Assembly: GCA_028691435.1 (NCBI GenBank) | Contig: JAQUZG010000003.1 | Coordinates: 2,605 to 66,604, forward strand | DNA length: 64,000 nucleotides | Source of the DNA: Candidatus Iainarchaeum sp. | GTDB taxonomy: Archaea > Iainarchaeota > Iainarchaeia > Iainarchaeales > JAAZKV01 | Reading direction: 5' to 3' | In this document: in pieces, positions 9,284-19,057 of the stretch | Layout of the letters: each line of letters starts with the position of its first letter | Numbering within the stretch: the stretch's first letter is position 1 | Translations under genes and position numbers: made by a program | The notes under the pieces: model-generated | Told to the model about the DNA's origin: nothing | Databases searched by the model: none | Seen by the model: the letters and a program-made list of their open reading frames with translations, nothing else

Positions 9284-9676
9284 CTAAATTGGTTTTTATT
9301 CCCACTAAATTACTTTACTTTTTGATTTCACCATTTATTTTAATGAGGTGATTTATTGAAGTCTTGTACTATTTAACTAACTTGTTGAGATAGCGTTAAT
9401 TAGATGAACAACTATTAAAGTTCACATTGCGGATTTCCCGCGTGAAAATTATAGGTTCACAATTTCTGGTGCTATCCATAAGTACATTGGACCAATCACC
9501 GTATAAAGAGGTCGTTAGAAATATGCTACTAAAATTTTGGTTTATTTAGCTTATCTGTTCGTCTTAGGTCTTCAATTTAATATAGTTTTGACAAAAAAAT
9601 TAAAATTTATTAAATTTTTGCATTATTTAATATTGTTCTAATTTAAAAATATTTCATCTTATAAATATTTAACTTT

Positions 9677-11233
9677 TTGGAGGTTTATAGAATGTTAAAA
9701 AATAAATTTTTATTGATATTAACAATATTCATCTTAATTCAAACAGTTTTTGCAACAGGAAATTGTTTAATTGGTGGAAGTTGTGGGGAAATTTCTTTTG
9801 GCTCTTCACCTGGTGGAGCAACAGTTTATCTTAATGGTGTAGAATATGGTAAAACATCTACCGGATCAACAGCCCCTTTAACTGTAGAAATGAATACTGG
9901 GCAATATGATATTAGAGCAACATTATCTGGGTATGATGATTATACTGGATCAGTAACTATTGTTCAAGGAACAAATTCTCCTTTTGAATTTACAATGAAT
10001 CAAACATCAACTAAAGCAAGTATAAATGTTGCATCTGATCCAATAGATGCTGATGTTTATGTTGATGGAGCATATAAAGGAAAAACAACTGCTTCAACTG
10101 GACCAGTTAAAGTAGATAATTTAGATCCTTATGTATCTCATAGTTTATCAGTATCTAAATCAGGTTATCAAAATTATTCAACATCATTTACATTATCACC
10201 TGGTGAAGACAGAGGATTTAATATTAATTTGAATTCAACTGCAAAATTTGGTAAATATTATATTACATCAAATCCAAGTGGTGCAGCAATTGCAATTGAT
10301 GGATCATCGACTGGATTAATAACTCCAGCAACATTAAGTAATATCAGTGTTGGAACACACACAATTTCATTATACAAAGATGATTATTCATCATATAGAA
10401 CAAGTGAAACAGTTTATGAAAATCAAACAACAACAATCAATGCAACATTATCTTATCTTGAATCATATGGGTCAATAAATATTGCAAGTAACCCAAACAA
10501 TTCAGACGTTTATATTGATGGAAGAATGTATGGTGAAACACCATTAAAAATTTCAAATCTTTATACTGGGCAACACGATATTAGAATTAGTCATGTTGGA
10601 TATGAAGATTATGTAAATAAAATTACTATTCAAAAAAATTATACTACTCCATTAAATGTAGTGTTAAATCAATCTACTACTAAAGGAGATATTTTATTGA
10701 ATTGTAATCAAAAAGGTGCATCAGTTTATGTTGGTGAAACATATAAAGGAATAACTAGTGAATATGGTTTAGATATAACTCAATTAACTGCTGGAGACTA
10801 TTCAGTAAGGGTGTCAAAAAGTGGTTTTGAAGATTATTATGCGACTGTTTCAGTATATAATAATAAAACAACAAAATTAGACGTTAGTTTAGTTGAATCT
10901 ATTACAAAACCAACTACTGGTTCATTATATGTTACATCAACTCCTTCTGGAGCAGATGTCTATGTTAATAATGAATATAAGGGTTTAACTCCAATAATTT
11001 TAAATCAACTATCTGATGGTTATTATTCAGTTAAGTTAATGATGCCAAATTACCAAGATGCAGTTGCTACATATACAGTTTATGCAGGAAAAACAACTGA
11101 TGTTGATTTAACATTAAATGAGAATGTAAATCCAACACCAGTTGAAACTGATTATGTTCCAATAATTGTTGGGGCTGTAATTGTGTTAGTTTTTGCTGGA
11201 TTAATTGGATTTATTCTAGTTAAAAGAAAATAA
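9677..11233 (+). CDS. secreted, C-terminally membrane-anchored surface protein with ~6 tandem PEGA domains
   Basis: N-terminal signal peptide; repeated 'S.P.GA.VY(V/I)DG...G.TP' PEGA signatures (e.g. ITSNPSGAAIAIDGSSTGLITP, VTSTPSGADVYVNNEYKGLTP); C-terminal TM 'IIVGAVIVLVFAGLIGFILVKRK'; SD 'GGAGGT' 7 nt upstream. Confidence 0.7.
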   Translation: MEVYRMLKNKFLLILTIFILIQTVFATGNCLIGGSCGEISFGSSPGGATVYLNGVEYGKTSTGSTAPLTVEMNTGQYDIRATLSGYDDYTGSVTIVQGTNSPFEFTMNQTSTKASINVASDPIDADVYVDGAYKGKTTASTGPVKVDNLDPYVSHSLSVSKSGYQNYSTSFTLSPGEDRGFNINLNSTAKFGKYYITSNPSGAAIAIDGSSTGLITPATLSNISVGTHTISLYKDDYSSYRTSETVYENQTTTINATLSYLESYGSINIASNPNNSDVYIDGRMYGETPLKISNLYTGQHDIRISHVGYEDYVNKITIQKNYTTPLNVVLNQSTTKGDILLNCNQKGASVYVGETYKGITSEYGLDITQLTAGDYSVRVSKSGFEDYYATVSVYNNKTTKLDVSLVESITKPTTGSLYVTSTPSGADVYVNNEYKGLTPIILNQLSDGYYSVKLMMPNYQDAVATYTVYAGKTTDVDLTLNENVNPTPVETDYVPIIVGAVIVLVFAGLIGFILVKRK

Positions 11234-11354
11234 GGGTAACTCCTTATTTTTTTAATTAACCATTTTGTGATTATTCATTAAATCTAATTTTTAATTAAAA
11301 ATCAGTTATTTAAATATTTGGGTGGTATTTTTATTTATTAATCGCAGTAAAATT

Positions 11355-11438
11355 GCGGGGGTGGCAGAGCGGTCAAATGCGGCGGACTACTAATCCGTTT
11401 CACGTAAGTGATCAAGGGTTCGAATCCCTTCTCCCGCG
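11355..11438 (+). tRNA. class II tRNA (Ser-type architecture) with apparent anticodon ACU (A34)
   Basis: Acceptor GCGGGGG/CUCCCGC; D-arm identical to the tRNA-Ser above; anticodon stem GCGGA/UCCGU with loop CUACUAA; long variable arm CAC-GUAA-GUG; T-arm AAGGG-UUCGAAU-CCCUU. One base differs from the canonical tRNA-Ser(GCU) loop CUGCUAA. Confidence 0.7.
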
Positions 11439-11504
11439 TTTCTTATTTTTAGAAGTGTAGTTTTTTTACATATATTTTTTAATTAGTGGGCATATCAGTT
11501 TATT

Positions 11505-12437
11505 ATGAATCAAGTTCTTGAAAGTATAAAAATCGTTACTACTGATCCAAAGTTTGTTACAATTAATAAAGAAAATATTGGTGAATTTTGTAATAATTTT
11601 AAAATAAATACAATTGATATAAATTCTTTTCAAACAAAAGACTTTTTTAAAAATTTGACTGATGAAAGAAAATTTGGTTTTATTTTAACTCTTGCTTCCC
11701 AAAATGCTTGTTATTTTGGAGAACCAAAATGGACAGTTTCGTTTAATGGGGAAGAATATGATGGTTATTATGCAATGCTTTTATCTTTTGAAAGAGCATT
11801 ATCTGAAGGTAATGATTTAACTAACTCAACTTTTTTAGAAAATTTAACTTTGGAAAAATTAAAAGAAATTTTTAGAGGAAATGTGGAAGTTCCAGTATTA
11901 GATTTAAGATTAAGTGGATTAAAAGAAATTGGAAAGATAGTAAATACAAAATATGGTGGAAAGTTTAGTAATTTATTTGATTCTAAAGATTTATTTGTAT
12001 TGCTTAATAGAATAATTGAATTTAGTATATTTAATGATTATTCAATAATTGATGGGAAAAAGATTTATTTTTATAAAAAAGCACAATTAGCTTTAACTGA
12101 TATTCATCGAATAATGTTTAAGCTTGATAGATTTAATGAGTTAACAGCAATGGCTGATTATAAAATTCCTCAAATGTTAAGAAATCTTGGGATATTAATT
12201 TACTCTTCAGACTTGGCTAATCGAGTGGATAATAAAATTGAAATTTTGCATAATTCTTTGGAAGAAATTGAAATTAGAGCACAAGCAATTAATGCGGTTG
12301 ATTTAATAAAAAATGAATTAGTTAAAAAAAATCTTTCTGTTAATTCAATAGATATTGATGTTTCTTTATGGCTTGCTAGTCAAGATAAAAACATTCCAAC
12401 AAAACCTTATCATAGGACAAGAACTATTTTTTATTAA
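11505..12437 (+). CDS. queuosine-salvage protein family (DUF2419/Qng1-like)
   Basis: Motifs 'MADYKIPQMLRNLGILIYSSDL' and C-terminal 'KPYHRTRTIFY' recalled as characteristic of Qng1/DUF2419. Confidence 0.5.
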   Translation: MNQVLESIKIVTTDPKFVTINKENIGEFCNNFKINTIDINSFQTKDFFKNLTDERKFGFILTLASQNACYFGEPKWTVSFNGEEYDGYYAMLLSFERALSEGNDLTNSTFLENLTLEKLKEIFRGNVEVPVLDLRLSGLKEIGKIVNTKYGGKFSNLFDSKDLFVLLNRIIEFSIFNDYSIIDGKKIYFYKKAQLALTDIHRIMFKLDRFNELTAMADYKIPQMLRNLGILIYSSDLANRVDNKIEILHNSLEEIEIRAQAINAVDLIKNELVKKNLSVNSIDIDVSLWLASQDKNIPTKPYHRTRTIFY

Positions 12438-12474
12438 ATTTAATTATTTAAAAAATTTGGTTATTATCAAATTT

Positions 12475-13524
12475 TTATTTCTTCAAATAAATAGTTTGAG
12501 TAGGAAATGCAAATTCAATTTTGTTTTTGTCAAATTGTTCTTTTATTTGTGTGTTTATTTGATCTTGAATTTGTAATAAATTTAATCTATCTGTTATGTA
12601 GTATATTACTTTTAGGTTGATTGATGATTCTCTAAATTCATTAAACGCCATAGTTAAATCTTTACAATTTTGATTTTTATTAATTATTTCTGTTATAATT
12701 TCTTTTGCTTTGTTTATTTGTTTTGATGTTGTATTGTATGTTAATCCTAAATCAAGCATTACTTTTCTTGATGGTTCGGATGTAATATTTTTTACAACTG
12801 AAGCAGACAAATCTGAATTTGGAATTGAATTTATTCGCCCATCAAAATCTTTTATTCTTGTGTTTCTTAAACCCATGTCTGTAACAGTTCCAGTTAAACC
12901 AAGTGATTTTATTTCAATTATATCTCCAATAATGAATTGTTTAGAAAAAAGAATACTTACTCCACCAAAAACATCAGCTATAGTTTTTTGTGCAGCAAAA
13001 GCAAATGCAATTCCGCCAATACCTAATCCGGCAATTATTGTAGTTACATCATAACCTAAATTGCTTAAAATAGAAATTATTGTTATTGTCCAAACAATAG
13101 TTTTAATTACTTTTGAAATAATTGGTAAAATATGGTCATCAAGTTTAGATGAAGTTTTTTTTGTCATTGGACGTACAATTTTCTCAAAAAATGCGTCTGA
13201 AAATTTTGTTAAAAGCCATGCAATAAAAATAATGATTGTCACAGTATATGCATGATCTTTAAAAATAATTATTTCTTGACTTAATGTTAAAACATTAAAT
13301 GAAAGATATGAACCAATAACTAAACTTAATACAGTTATTGGTCGTCTTAAAGCCATAACTAAAAAATCATCAATTTTTGAAGTTGTTTTTTTTGATAATT
13401 CAGTTAAAGTATTTGAAAATACCCAACTTATAGTTTTTCCAATAATAAATGAAAGCCCAAGGCCAACTAAAAAATAAGCATATTGTAAAATTGTATTTCC
13501 TAAAAAGATAGTATTCAAATCCAT
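12475..13524 (-). CDS. mechanosensitive ion channel, MscS family
   Basis: N-terminal TM helices plus the MscS beta-domain 'FIIGDIIEIKSLGLTGTVTDMGLRNTRIKDFDGRINSIPNSDL'. Confidence 0.75.
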   Translation of the reverse strand: MDLNTIFLGNTILQYAYFLVGLGLSFIIGKTISWVFSNTLTELSKKTTSKIDDFLVMALRRPITVLSLVIGSYLSFNVLTLSQEIIIFKDHAYTVTIIIFIAWLLTKFSDAFFEKIVRPMTKKTSSKLDDHILPIISKVIKTIVWTITIISILSNLGYDVTTIIAGLGIGGIAFAFAAQKTIADVFGGVSILFSKQFIIGDIIEIKSLGLTGTVTDMGLRNTRIKDFDGRINSIPNSDLSASVVKNITSEPSRKVMLDLGLTYNTTSKQINKAKEIITEIINKNQNCKDLTMAFNEFRESSINLKVIYYITDRLNLLQIQDQINTQIKEQFDKNKIEFAFPTQTIYLKK

Positions 13525-13583
13525 ACTATTTATTCAAGGGGTTTAATTTTTAAAAAGGTTTCTATTTTTAATTTAAATATTTT

Positions 13584-14132
13584 TTATTCAAGTTCTCTTT
13601 TCAAAACTTTGTGATGATGATTTAGTTCTTTAAATTTTTCCATACTTCCTGTTGGTTTATCTGGGTGTAATTCTTTTGCTAATTCTTTATATTTTTTATT
13701 AATTGTATCCAAATCTTTATGTTTATGGTCTAACCCAAAAAATTCTCTTGCTTCTTTTCGTTCATCGTGAACATCATCATTTTCTTTAAACTCACCAATA
13801 AATTCTTCAATTGATTTTTCGTTATTTTTTACTTTTTCTACTTCATTTTCTATAACTTTTGACAGTAAATAAAGATTATCAATTAGTCTTTCTTGTGTTT
13901 TAACTTCAAAATGCATTTTGTATCCAAAACCATACCATGTAGCAACAGCTTTTTCTTTTCTTATTGTTTGACCTTCAACAGGTATGTCTACATCGTCCCG
14001 TTTAATTTCAATTAATTTTAGCGTGTCAATTATTTTATTTTTTAATTGTACTGCTCTTCGATTATGCGAAGAAGTTATTGGAATTAAGTCTATTTCATAT
14101 CCTTTAATTTTTACTGTATTCATGCTATTCAC
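13584..14132 (-). CDS. J-domain (DnaJ-like) protein with unknown N-terminal domain
   Basis: C-terminal 'INKKYKELAKELHPDKPTGS' with HPD tripeptide. Confidence 0.6.
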   Translation of the reverse strand: MNSMNTVKIKGYEIDLIPITSSHNRRAVQLKNKIIDTLKLIEIKRDDVDIPVEGQTIRKEKAVATWYGFGYKMHFEVKTQERLIDNLYLLSKVIENEVEKVKNNEKSIEEFIGEFKENDDVHDERKEAREFFGLDHKHKDLDTINKKYKELAKELHPDKPTGSMEKFKELNHHHKVLKRELE

Positions 14133-14159
14133 TAAAAAGATTATATGGTGATAATTTTA

Positions 14160-15800
14160 TTAATCATCATCATATCGTTTTGCAACATATTTCTTAACTT
14201 TTGATTTTGCTGGAAATCCATTTTTACTTTTGTCTCCAAATTTCTTTTTTGGAAAACTAAATCCTTCACCAGCTTTTTTTCTAAATGGTTTTTTATTTCC
14301 AAATTTCTTTGGAAAACTACTTTCTTCTTTTGGGCCACTATGTTCTCTATTTCTAAATGCTGGTTTATCGCCAAAAGATTTCTTTGCAAAATCTCTGCCA
14401 GTGCTTTTTGGGCCACTACTTTTCTTAAAAAATTTTTTTTCACCAAAAGATTTTCTATCAGTTCCAAATCCACCACTTCTTTGTGAATCATTACTTCTAA
14501 ATGATCTAGGTTTATCAAAACTACTTTCTGAACTAAATCCGCCGTCTCTTGGGCTATCACGTGATCTGCCACCAAATCTTGGTCGATCATTTCCTCTATC
14601 TCTAAAAGAACGATTTTTTGAAAATCCTCTTGAGTCTCTTCCACTACCTCTACTAAATGAATTGTTAAATGATCTTGGTTGTCTAGGCAATTCAATTATT
14701 TCAAATTCAGGCAAGTCTTTTTTTTCAATAACAATTCCACTTCGTGTTATATATGAGAAGTTTTTATAATCTTCATGAGATAATAGACTAATTGCTTCTC
14801 CACTTTTACCAGCTCTTGCAGTTCTTCCAATTCGGTGTGTGTATTCTTCTGCATTTTTTGGCAAGTCATAATTATACACATGTGTAATATCGTTTATGTC
14901 TAGACCCCTCGCGGCAACATCTGTTGCAATTAAAATATCTACTTTTCCTTCTTTAAATAATTTAACAGCTAGTTGTCTTTTGTTTTGTTGAATGTCTCCA
15001 TGTATTGGCATTGAAGCAAAACCTTGTTTTTTAACATTAGTTACTAATCGGTCTACTTCAGTTTTTCTTCCACAAAAAATTATTGTTGGTCCAAAACTTT
15101 TCTTAAGCAAATGAATCAATAACGAAAATTTGTTTTCTCTTGGTACAGGGTAATAACATTGTTTTAACAAACTTTTATCAACATGTAATTGTTCTTTAAT
15201 AAAAACTGGATTTTTTAAATATCTTTCAATAGTATGTTTTATTGAAGATGGTACTGTTGCACTAAACATTATTGTTTGTCTTTCTTTTGGAACGTGGCCT
15301 AAAATTTTATTAACTTCTTTTTCAAATCCCATGTCAAACATTCTGTCTGCTTCGTCTAAAACAACATATTTTATTTTGTCAAGTTTTATTGTTCTTCTTT
15401 CAAGATGATCAATTAATCTACCTGGCGTAGCAACAATAATTTCTGCAATTTTTATGTCTTCATGTTGTTGATAATATCCAACTCCACCAAAAATTGCTTT
15501 TATGTTTATTGGGTAATATTTTGACATTGTGTTAAGACTATCTTTTACTTGAAGACAAAGTTCTCTTGTCGGTGTAAGTATTATAGCTTGTATTCCATTT
15601 CCTGGAATTACTTTTTCAATTAATGGTAAACCAAATGCTGCTGTTTTTCCAGAGCCTGTTAATGATTGTCCTACAACATCTTTTCCTGCTTTAATTTCAG
15701 GGATACACTTTTCTTGAATTTTAGTAGGTTTTTTGTAACCCATTTCAGTTATTCCTTTTATCAATTTTTCTTCTAATTTTAGTTTTTTAAATTCTTCCAT
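14160..15800 (-). CDS. DEAD-box ATP-dependent RNA helicase with ~170-aa C-terminal RG/FG/S-rich disordered tail
   Basis: Q-motif, 'GQSLTGSGKTAAFGLP', 'VLDEADRMFDMGF', SAT 'FSAT', 'HRIGRTARAGK'; tail 'RGSGRDSRGFSKNRSFRDRG...FGGRSRDSPRDGGF...'. Confidence 0.85.
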   Translation of the reverse strand: MEEFKKLKLEEKLIKGITEMGYKKPTKIQEKCIPEIKAGKDVVGQSLTGSGKTAAFGLPLIEKVIPGNGIQAIILTPTRELCLQVKDSLNTMSKYYPINIKAIFGGVGYYQQHEDIKIAEIIVATPGRLIDHLERRTIKLDKIKYVVLDEADRMFDMGFEKEVNKILGHVPKERQTIMFSATVPSSIKHTIERYLKNPVFIKEQLHVDKSLLKQCYYPVPRENKFSLLIHLLKKSFGPTIIFCGRKTEVDRLVTNVKKQGFASMPIHGDIQQNKRQLAVKLFKEGKVDILIATDVAARGLDINDITHVYNYDLPKNAEEYTHRIGRTARAGKSGEAISLLSHEDYKNFSYITRSGIVIEKKDLPEFEIIELPRQPRSFNNSFSRGSGRDSRGFSKNRSFRDRGNDRPRFGGRSRDSPRDGGFSSESSFDKPRSFRSNDSQRSGGFGTDRKSFGEKKFFKKSSGPKSTGRDFAKKSFGDKPAFRNREHSGPKEESSFPKKFGNKKPFRKKAGEGFSFPKKKFGDKSKNGFPAKSKVKKYVAKRYDDD

Positions 15801-15914
15801 TTATTATCAATTCCTCTTTATATATTTACATATATTTTACTAATTATAGTTTATTAAATAGCCTATTTTTGAATTTTTACATTTTTTTAAATTTTTTAAT
15901 TTTTTTATGGTATA

Positions 15915-15965
15915 ATTTGAAATTTATTTAAATTATTCAAAATTTATTCAATAATTTATTCAATA
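15915..15965 (+). promoter_or_regulatory. four 12-bp-periodic 'TTTATT(C/T)AA' direct repeats upstream of the desulfoferrodoxin gene (candidate operator/promoter array)
   Basis: 'atttatttaaat tattcaaaat ttattcaataat ttattcaatat' read directly from the sequence. Confidence 0.3.
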
Positions 15966-16006
15966 TACATATAATCTTTTTCCTACTTAACTAATATGGT
16001 GATTTT

Positions 16007-16408
16007 ATGACAAATTTAAATGAAATTTATAAGTGTGAGATTTGTGGCAATATTGTTAATGTATTTCATGCGGGCGCTGGGCAATTAGTTTGCTGTGGAC
16101 AACCGATGGTTTTACTTGTTGAAAAAGATAGTGATTTAGGTAATGAAAAACATGTGCCGATAATTGAAGTTAATGAAAATGAATCAAATCAAACAAATGT
16201 TTTAGTAAAAATTGGATCTGTTGAACATCCTATGACACAAGAACATCATATTGAATGGGTTGAATTAATAGCCGATGATAAAATACTAAAGAAACAATTT
16301 AAATTTGATGAAAAACCAACTGCGAACTTTGTACTTGATTTTAAACCGACAGTAATTTCTGCAAGGGTTTATTGTAATCTTCATGGACTTTGGAAATCTA
16401 AACAATAA
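16007..16408 (+). CDS. dfx: desulfoferrodoxin (2Fe superoxide reductase)
   Basis: N-terminal desulforedoxin 'CEICGNIV...CCGQPM' and C-terminal neelaredoxin centre 'KHVP...HPMTQEHHIEW...CNLHGLW'. Confidence 0.85.
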   Translation: MTNLNEIYKCEICGNIVNVFHAGAGQLVCCGQPMVLLVEKDSDLGNEKHVPIIEVNENESNQTNVLVKIGSVEHPMTQEHHIEWVELIADDKILKKQFKFDEKPTANFVLDFKPTVISARVYCNLHGLWKSKQ

Positions 16409-16617
16409 TTATCTATTTTATTGTTTTTGATTTTTTTTATTTTAATTTTTTTGGTTAAATTTTATTTTTTATTATTTAATCTTTTATCTTAGTTTATTAT
16501 TTAATTAATTTATTTAGAAAATTGTTTTTGTAGATTCCTTTTTATACTTTTTTGTATCTACTTATTGTATGAATAAAAAAAGTGAGTTAGCCATCAGTCA
16601 ATAATTCAAAAGATTCA

Positions 16618-18213
16618 ATGTCTCACTTATCTAATTCTTTAAATTCAAATTTTATAAATTCAAAAACTAATTTAAAAAATTCAGTAGCAAATTTTATTGA
16701 AATAATGGATACCACTCTTAGGGATGGTGAACAAACTGAAGGGGTAGCTTTTTCAAAAAACGAAAAATTAGCCATTGTAAAAAAGCTTTTACTTGATGTA
16801 AAAGTAAACCGAGTTGAAATAACATCTGCATTAGTTTCACAAGGGGAAAAAGAAGCATGTAAAGAAATTTTTGATTTTGCAAAAGAACATAATTTAACAA
16901 ACCAAATTGAAATCTTGGGGTTTGTTGATTACAATAAAAGTGTTGACTGGATTGATGGCTGTGGGGGAAAAGTAATAAATTTACTTTGCAAAGGGAGTGA
17001 ACAACATTGCACTAATCAATTAAAAAAAAGTCCAATTGATCATTACTCTGATATTTTAAAAACTATTGAATATGCTAAATCAAAAAATTTTACTGTGAAT
17101 GCATATTTAGAAGATTTTTCAAATGGAATAAAATCAAATGAAGCATATGTTTTTGATTTAATTAATACTTTAAAAAAAGCCAATGTAAAAAGAATTCTTT
17201 TAGCTGATACACTTGGTATATTTTCTATTGCTGATGTGGAAAACTATGTTTCAAAAATAACAAAAAAGTTTAAATCAATTCATTTTGATTTTCATGCACA
17301 TAATGATTATGGATTAGCTGTGGCTAATTCTTTAACTGCATTAAATTGTGGATGTAAAGGAATACATACTACAGTAAATGGACTTGGTGAGCGAACAGGA
17401 AATTGTGGACTTGAAATAATTGTTCCGGTAATTAAAGATTTTACAAATTTTAAAATAGATGTTGATGAATTTGAAATTTCATCTATTTCTAGATTAGTTG
17501 AAACTTTTTCAATGAGACGAATTTCAAAAAATCATCCAATTGTTGGCCAAAATGTATTTACTCAAACTGCAGGGGTTCATGCTGATGGTGATAAAAAAGG
17601 TGAACTATATATAAGTAAATTATCTGCTAAACGTTTTGGACGATTAACTACTTATGCCCTTGGAAAACTTTCTGGTAAATCATCAGTTGAAATGGCTCTA
17701 AAAGATTTTGGCATAATTTTAACAAATTCAGAATTAAAACAAGTTCTTGAAAAAGTTATTGAAATAGGTGATAAAAAACAAAACTTGACTAAAGAAGATT
17801 TATTGTTTATAGTTGATGAAGTTAGAAATAATGGATTTGAAAAAGAATTTCAAGTGCTTAATTATGAGATTGTCTCTTCTTCATTAAATAAACCAGTTGC
17901 AAAAATACTTGTTAGATTTAATAATGAAAATTTTTCAGCTACTCATGTCGGAGACGGTGGATATGATGCTTTTATCAACGCATTAAAAAAAACATTTGAT
18001 CAAAAGAAACTTAATTTTCCAAAATTACTAGATTATGAAGTAAGAATTCCAATTGGTGGAAATACTGATGCCTTAGTTGAAACAAAAATAAAATGGTTAA
18101 TTGAAGATAATCAAATTGAAACGATTGGAATAAGCACTGATCAACTTGAAGCTGCAATAAAATCTACTGAAAAAATGGTTAATGTAATGTTAAAATTAAA
18201 CCAGACTAAATAA
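16618..18213 (+). CDS. 2-isopropylmalate synthase / (R)-citramalate synthase family (LeuA/CimA) with C-terminal regulatory domain
   Basis: 'IMDTTLRDGEQTEGVAFS', 'HFDFHAHNDYGLAVANSLTAL'; the probable true start is the internal M at ~16705. Confidence 0.8.
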   Translation: MSHLSNSLNSNFINSKTNLKNSVANFIEIMDTTLRDGEQTEGVAFSKNEKLAIVKKLLLDVKVNRVEITSALVSQGEKEACKEIFDFAKEHNLTNQIEILGFVDYNKSVDWIDGCGGKVINLLCKGSEQHCTNQLKKSPIDHYSDILKTIEYAKSKNFTVNAYLEDFSNGIKSNEAYVFDLINTLKKANVKRILLADTLGIFSIADVENYVSKITKKFKSIHFDFHAHNDYGLAVANSLTALNCGCKGIHTTVNGLGERTGNCGLEIIVPVIKDFTNFKIDVDEFEISSISRLVETFSMRRISKNHPIVGQNVFTQTAGVHADGDKKGELYISKLSAKRFGRLTTYALGKLSGKSSVEMALKDFGIILTNSELKQVLEKVIEIGDKKQNLTKEDLLFIVDEVRNNGFEKEFQVLNYEIVSSSLNKPVAKILVRFNNENFSATHVGDGGYDAFINALKKTFDQKKLNFPKLLDYEVRIPIGGNTDALVETKIKWLIEDNQIETIGISTDQLEAAIKSTEKMVNVMLKLNQTK

Positions 18214-18225
18214 TTTAAATTAAAT

Positions 18226-19005
18226 TTATCTTAATTCTCTTTTAATATATTTTGTTATTTGTTCATTAGATTTTCTTTTTTCAGTCATTTTTTTAATTTT
18301 TCTAAGCATTCTTGCTTCCATTTGTCTTTTTAGTAATTCATCTCTTTTTAAAAAAGCTTGTCCACTGACTTGTATTCCTCGTCTTTCAAAAGGTAATGCT
18401 TTAAAATTAGTTTTTACAAATTTAACTTCTTTACAAAATGGATTGGGGCCTTGATATATTCTTCCGCCAAATTTATCAAATATTTTTGGCAAAAAAATTG
18501 GTCTAAGTCCAAGATAATGATTAAGTGTGGCCTCTAAACCAAAGCCTTGTATATGTTTAATCCAATTTTGGTTTTTGGCAATGGTTAATGGTTTTAATGC
18601 CGACATTTTTATTGCTCGCTCTCCACTGACAATTGACATGTCTTTTACTATTGTTCCAACACTCATTTTTACTTTTGGATTATTTAAAGGAGCTAATAGT
18701 TTTTCTACTTGTTTAGGTGTAACTTCTAATAAATCTCCATCAAAGGTTAAAACATTTGTTGCTTTTTGTTTTGCACAATAATTTACGCCTTCAATAAATG
18801 CTTGTCCTTTTCCAACATTTTTTGCAAGGTTAATTACTTTTGCTCCTAATTGTTTCGCTATTTCACTAGTCTTATCAGTACTTCCATCATTAACAAGAAC
18901 TATTTCACTAATTAATCCTTTTTCTTTTGCAGCTAATAATCCATTTACTGAATTAGCAATTGTTTTTTCTTCATTATGTGCAATAATTAATGCAATATTA
19001 GTCAT
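18226..19005 (-). CDS. family 2 glycosyltransferase (dolichyl-phosphate sugar transferase-like)
   Basis: 'ALIIAHNEEKTI...VLVNDGSTDKTSEIA'. The start is adjusted to the internal MTNIALII (~19005) to avoid overlap with the divergent gene. Confidence 0.65.
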   Translation of the reverse strand: MTNIALIIAHNEEKTIANSVNGLLAAKEKGLISEIVLVNDGSTDKTSEIAKQLGAKVINLAKNVGKGQAFIEGVNYCAKQKATNVLTFDGDLLEVTPKQVEKLLAPLNNPKVKMSVGTIVKDMSIVSGERAIKMSALKPLTIAKNQNWIKHIQGFGLEATLNHYLGLRPIFLPKIFDKFGGRIYQGPNPFCKEVKFVKTNFKALPFERRGIQVSGQAFLKRDELLKRQMEARMLRKIKKMTEKRKSNEQITKYIKRELR

Positions 19006-19057
19006 ACTAATCTTACTCAAAACAATTATATTAATCTTGTTAGTTAAATTTATTATG

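Noticed and set aside
9290-9520. GC-rich non-coding segment tested by eye as SRP RNA, 5S rRNA or tRNA
   Set aside because: It has no SRP helix-8 motifs, no 5S loop motifs, and no T-loop GTTCGAATC. It is kept only as an unclassified candidate sRNA in the findings.
14141-14769. ORFs 14141..14695 (-) and 14230..14769 (+) overlapping the DEAD-box gene 3' end
   Set aside because: They are alternative frames and the antisense of the repetitive RG/FG-tail coding region. The helicase frame is continuous and has the conserved motifs.
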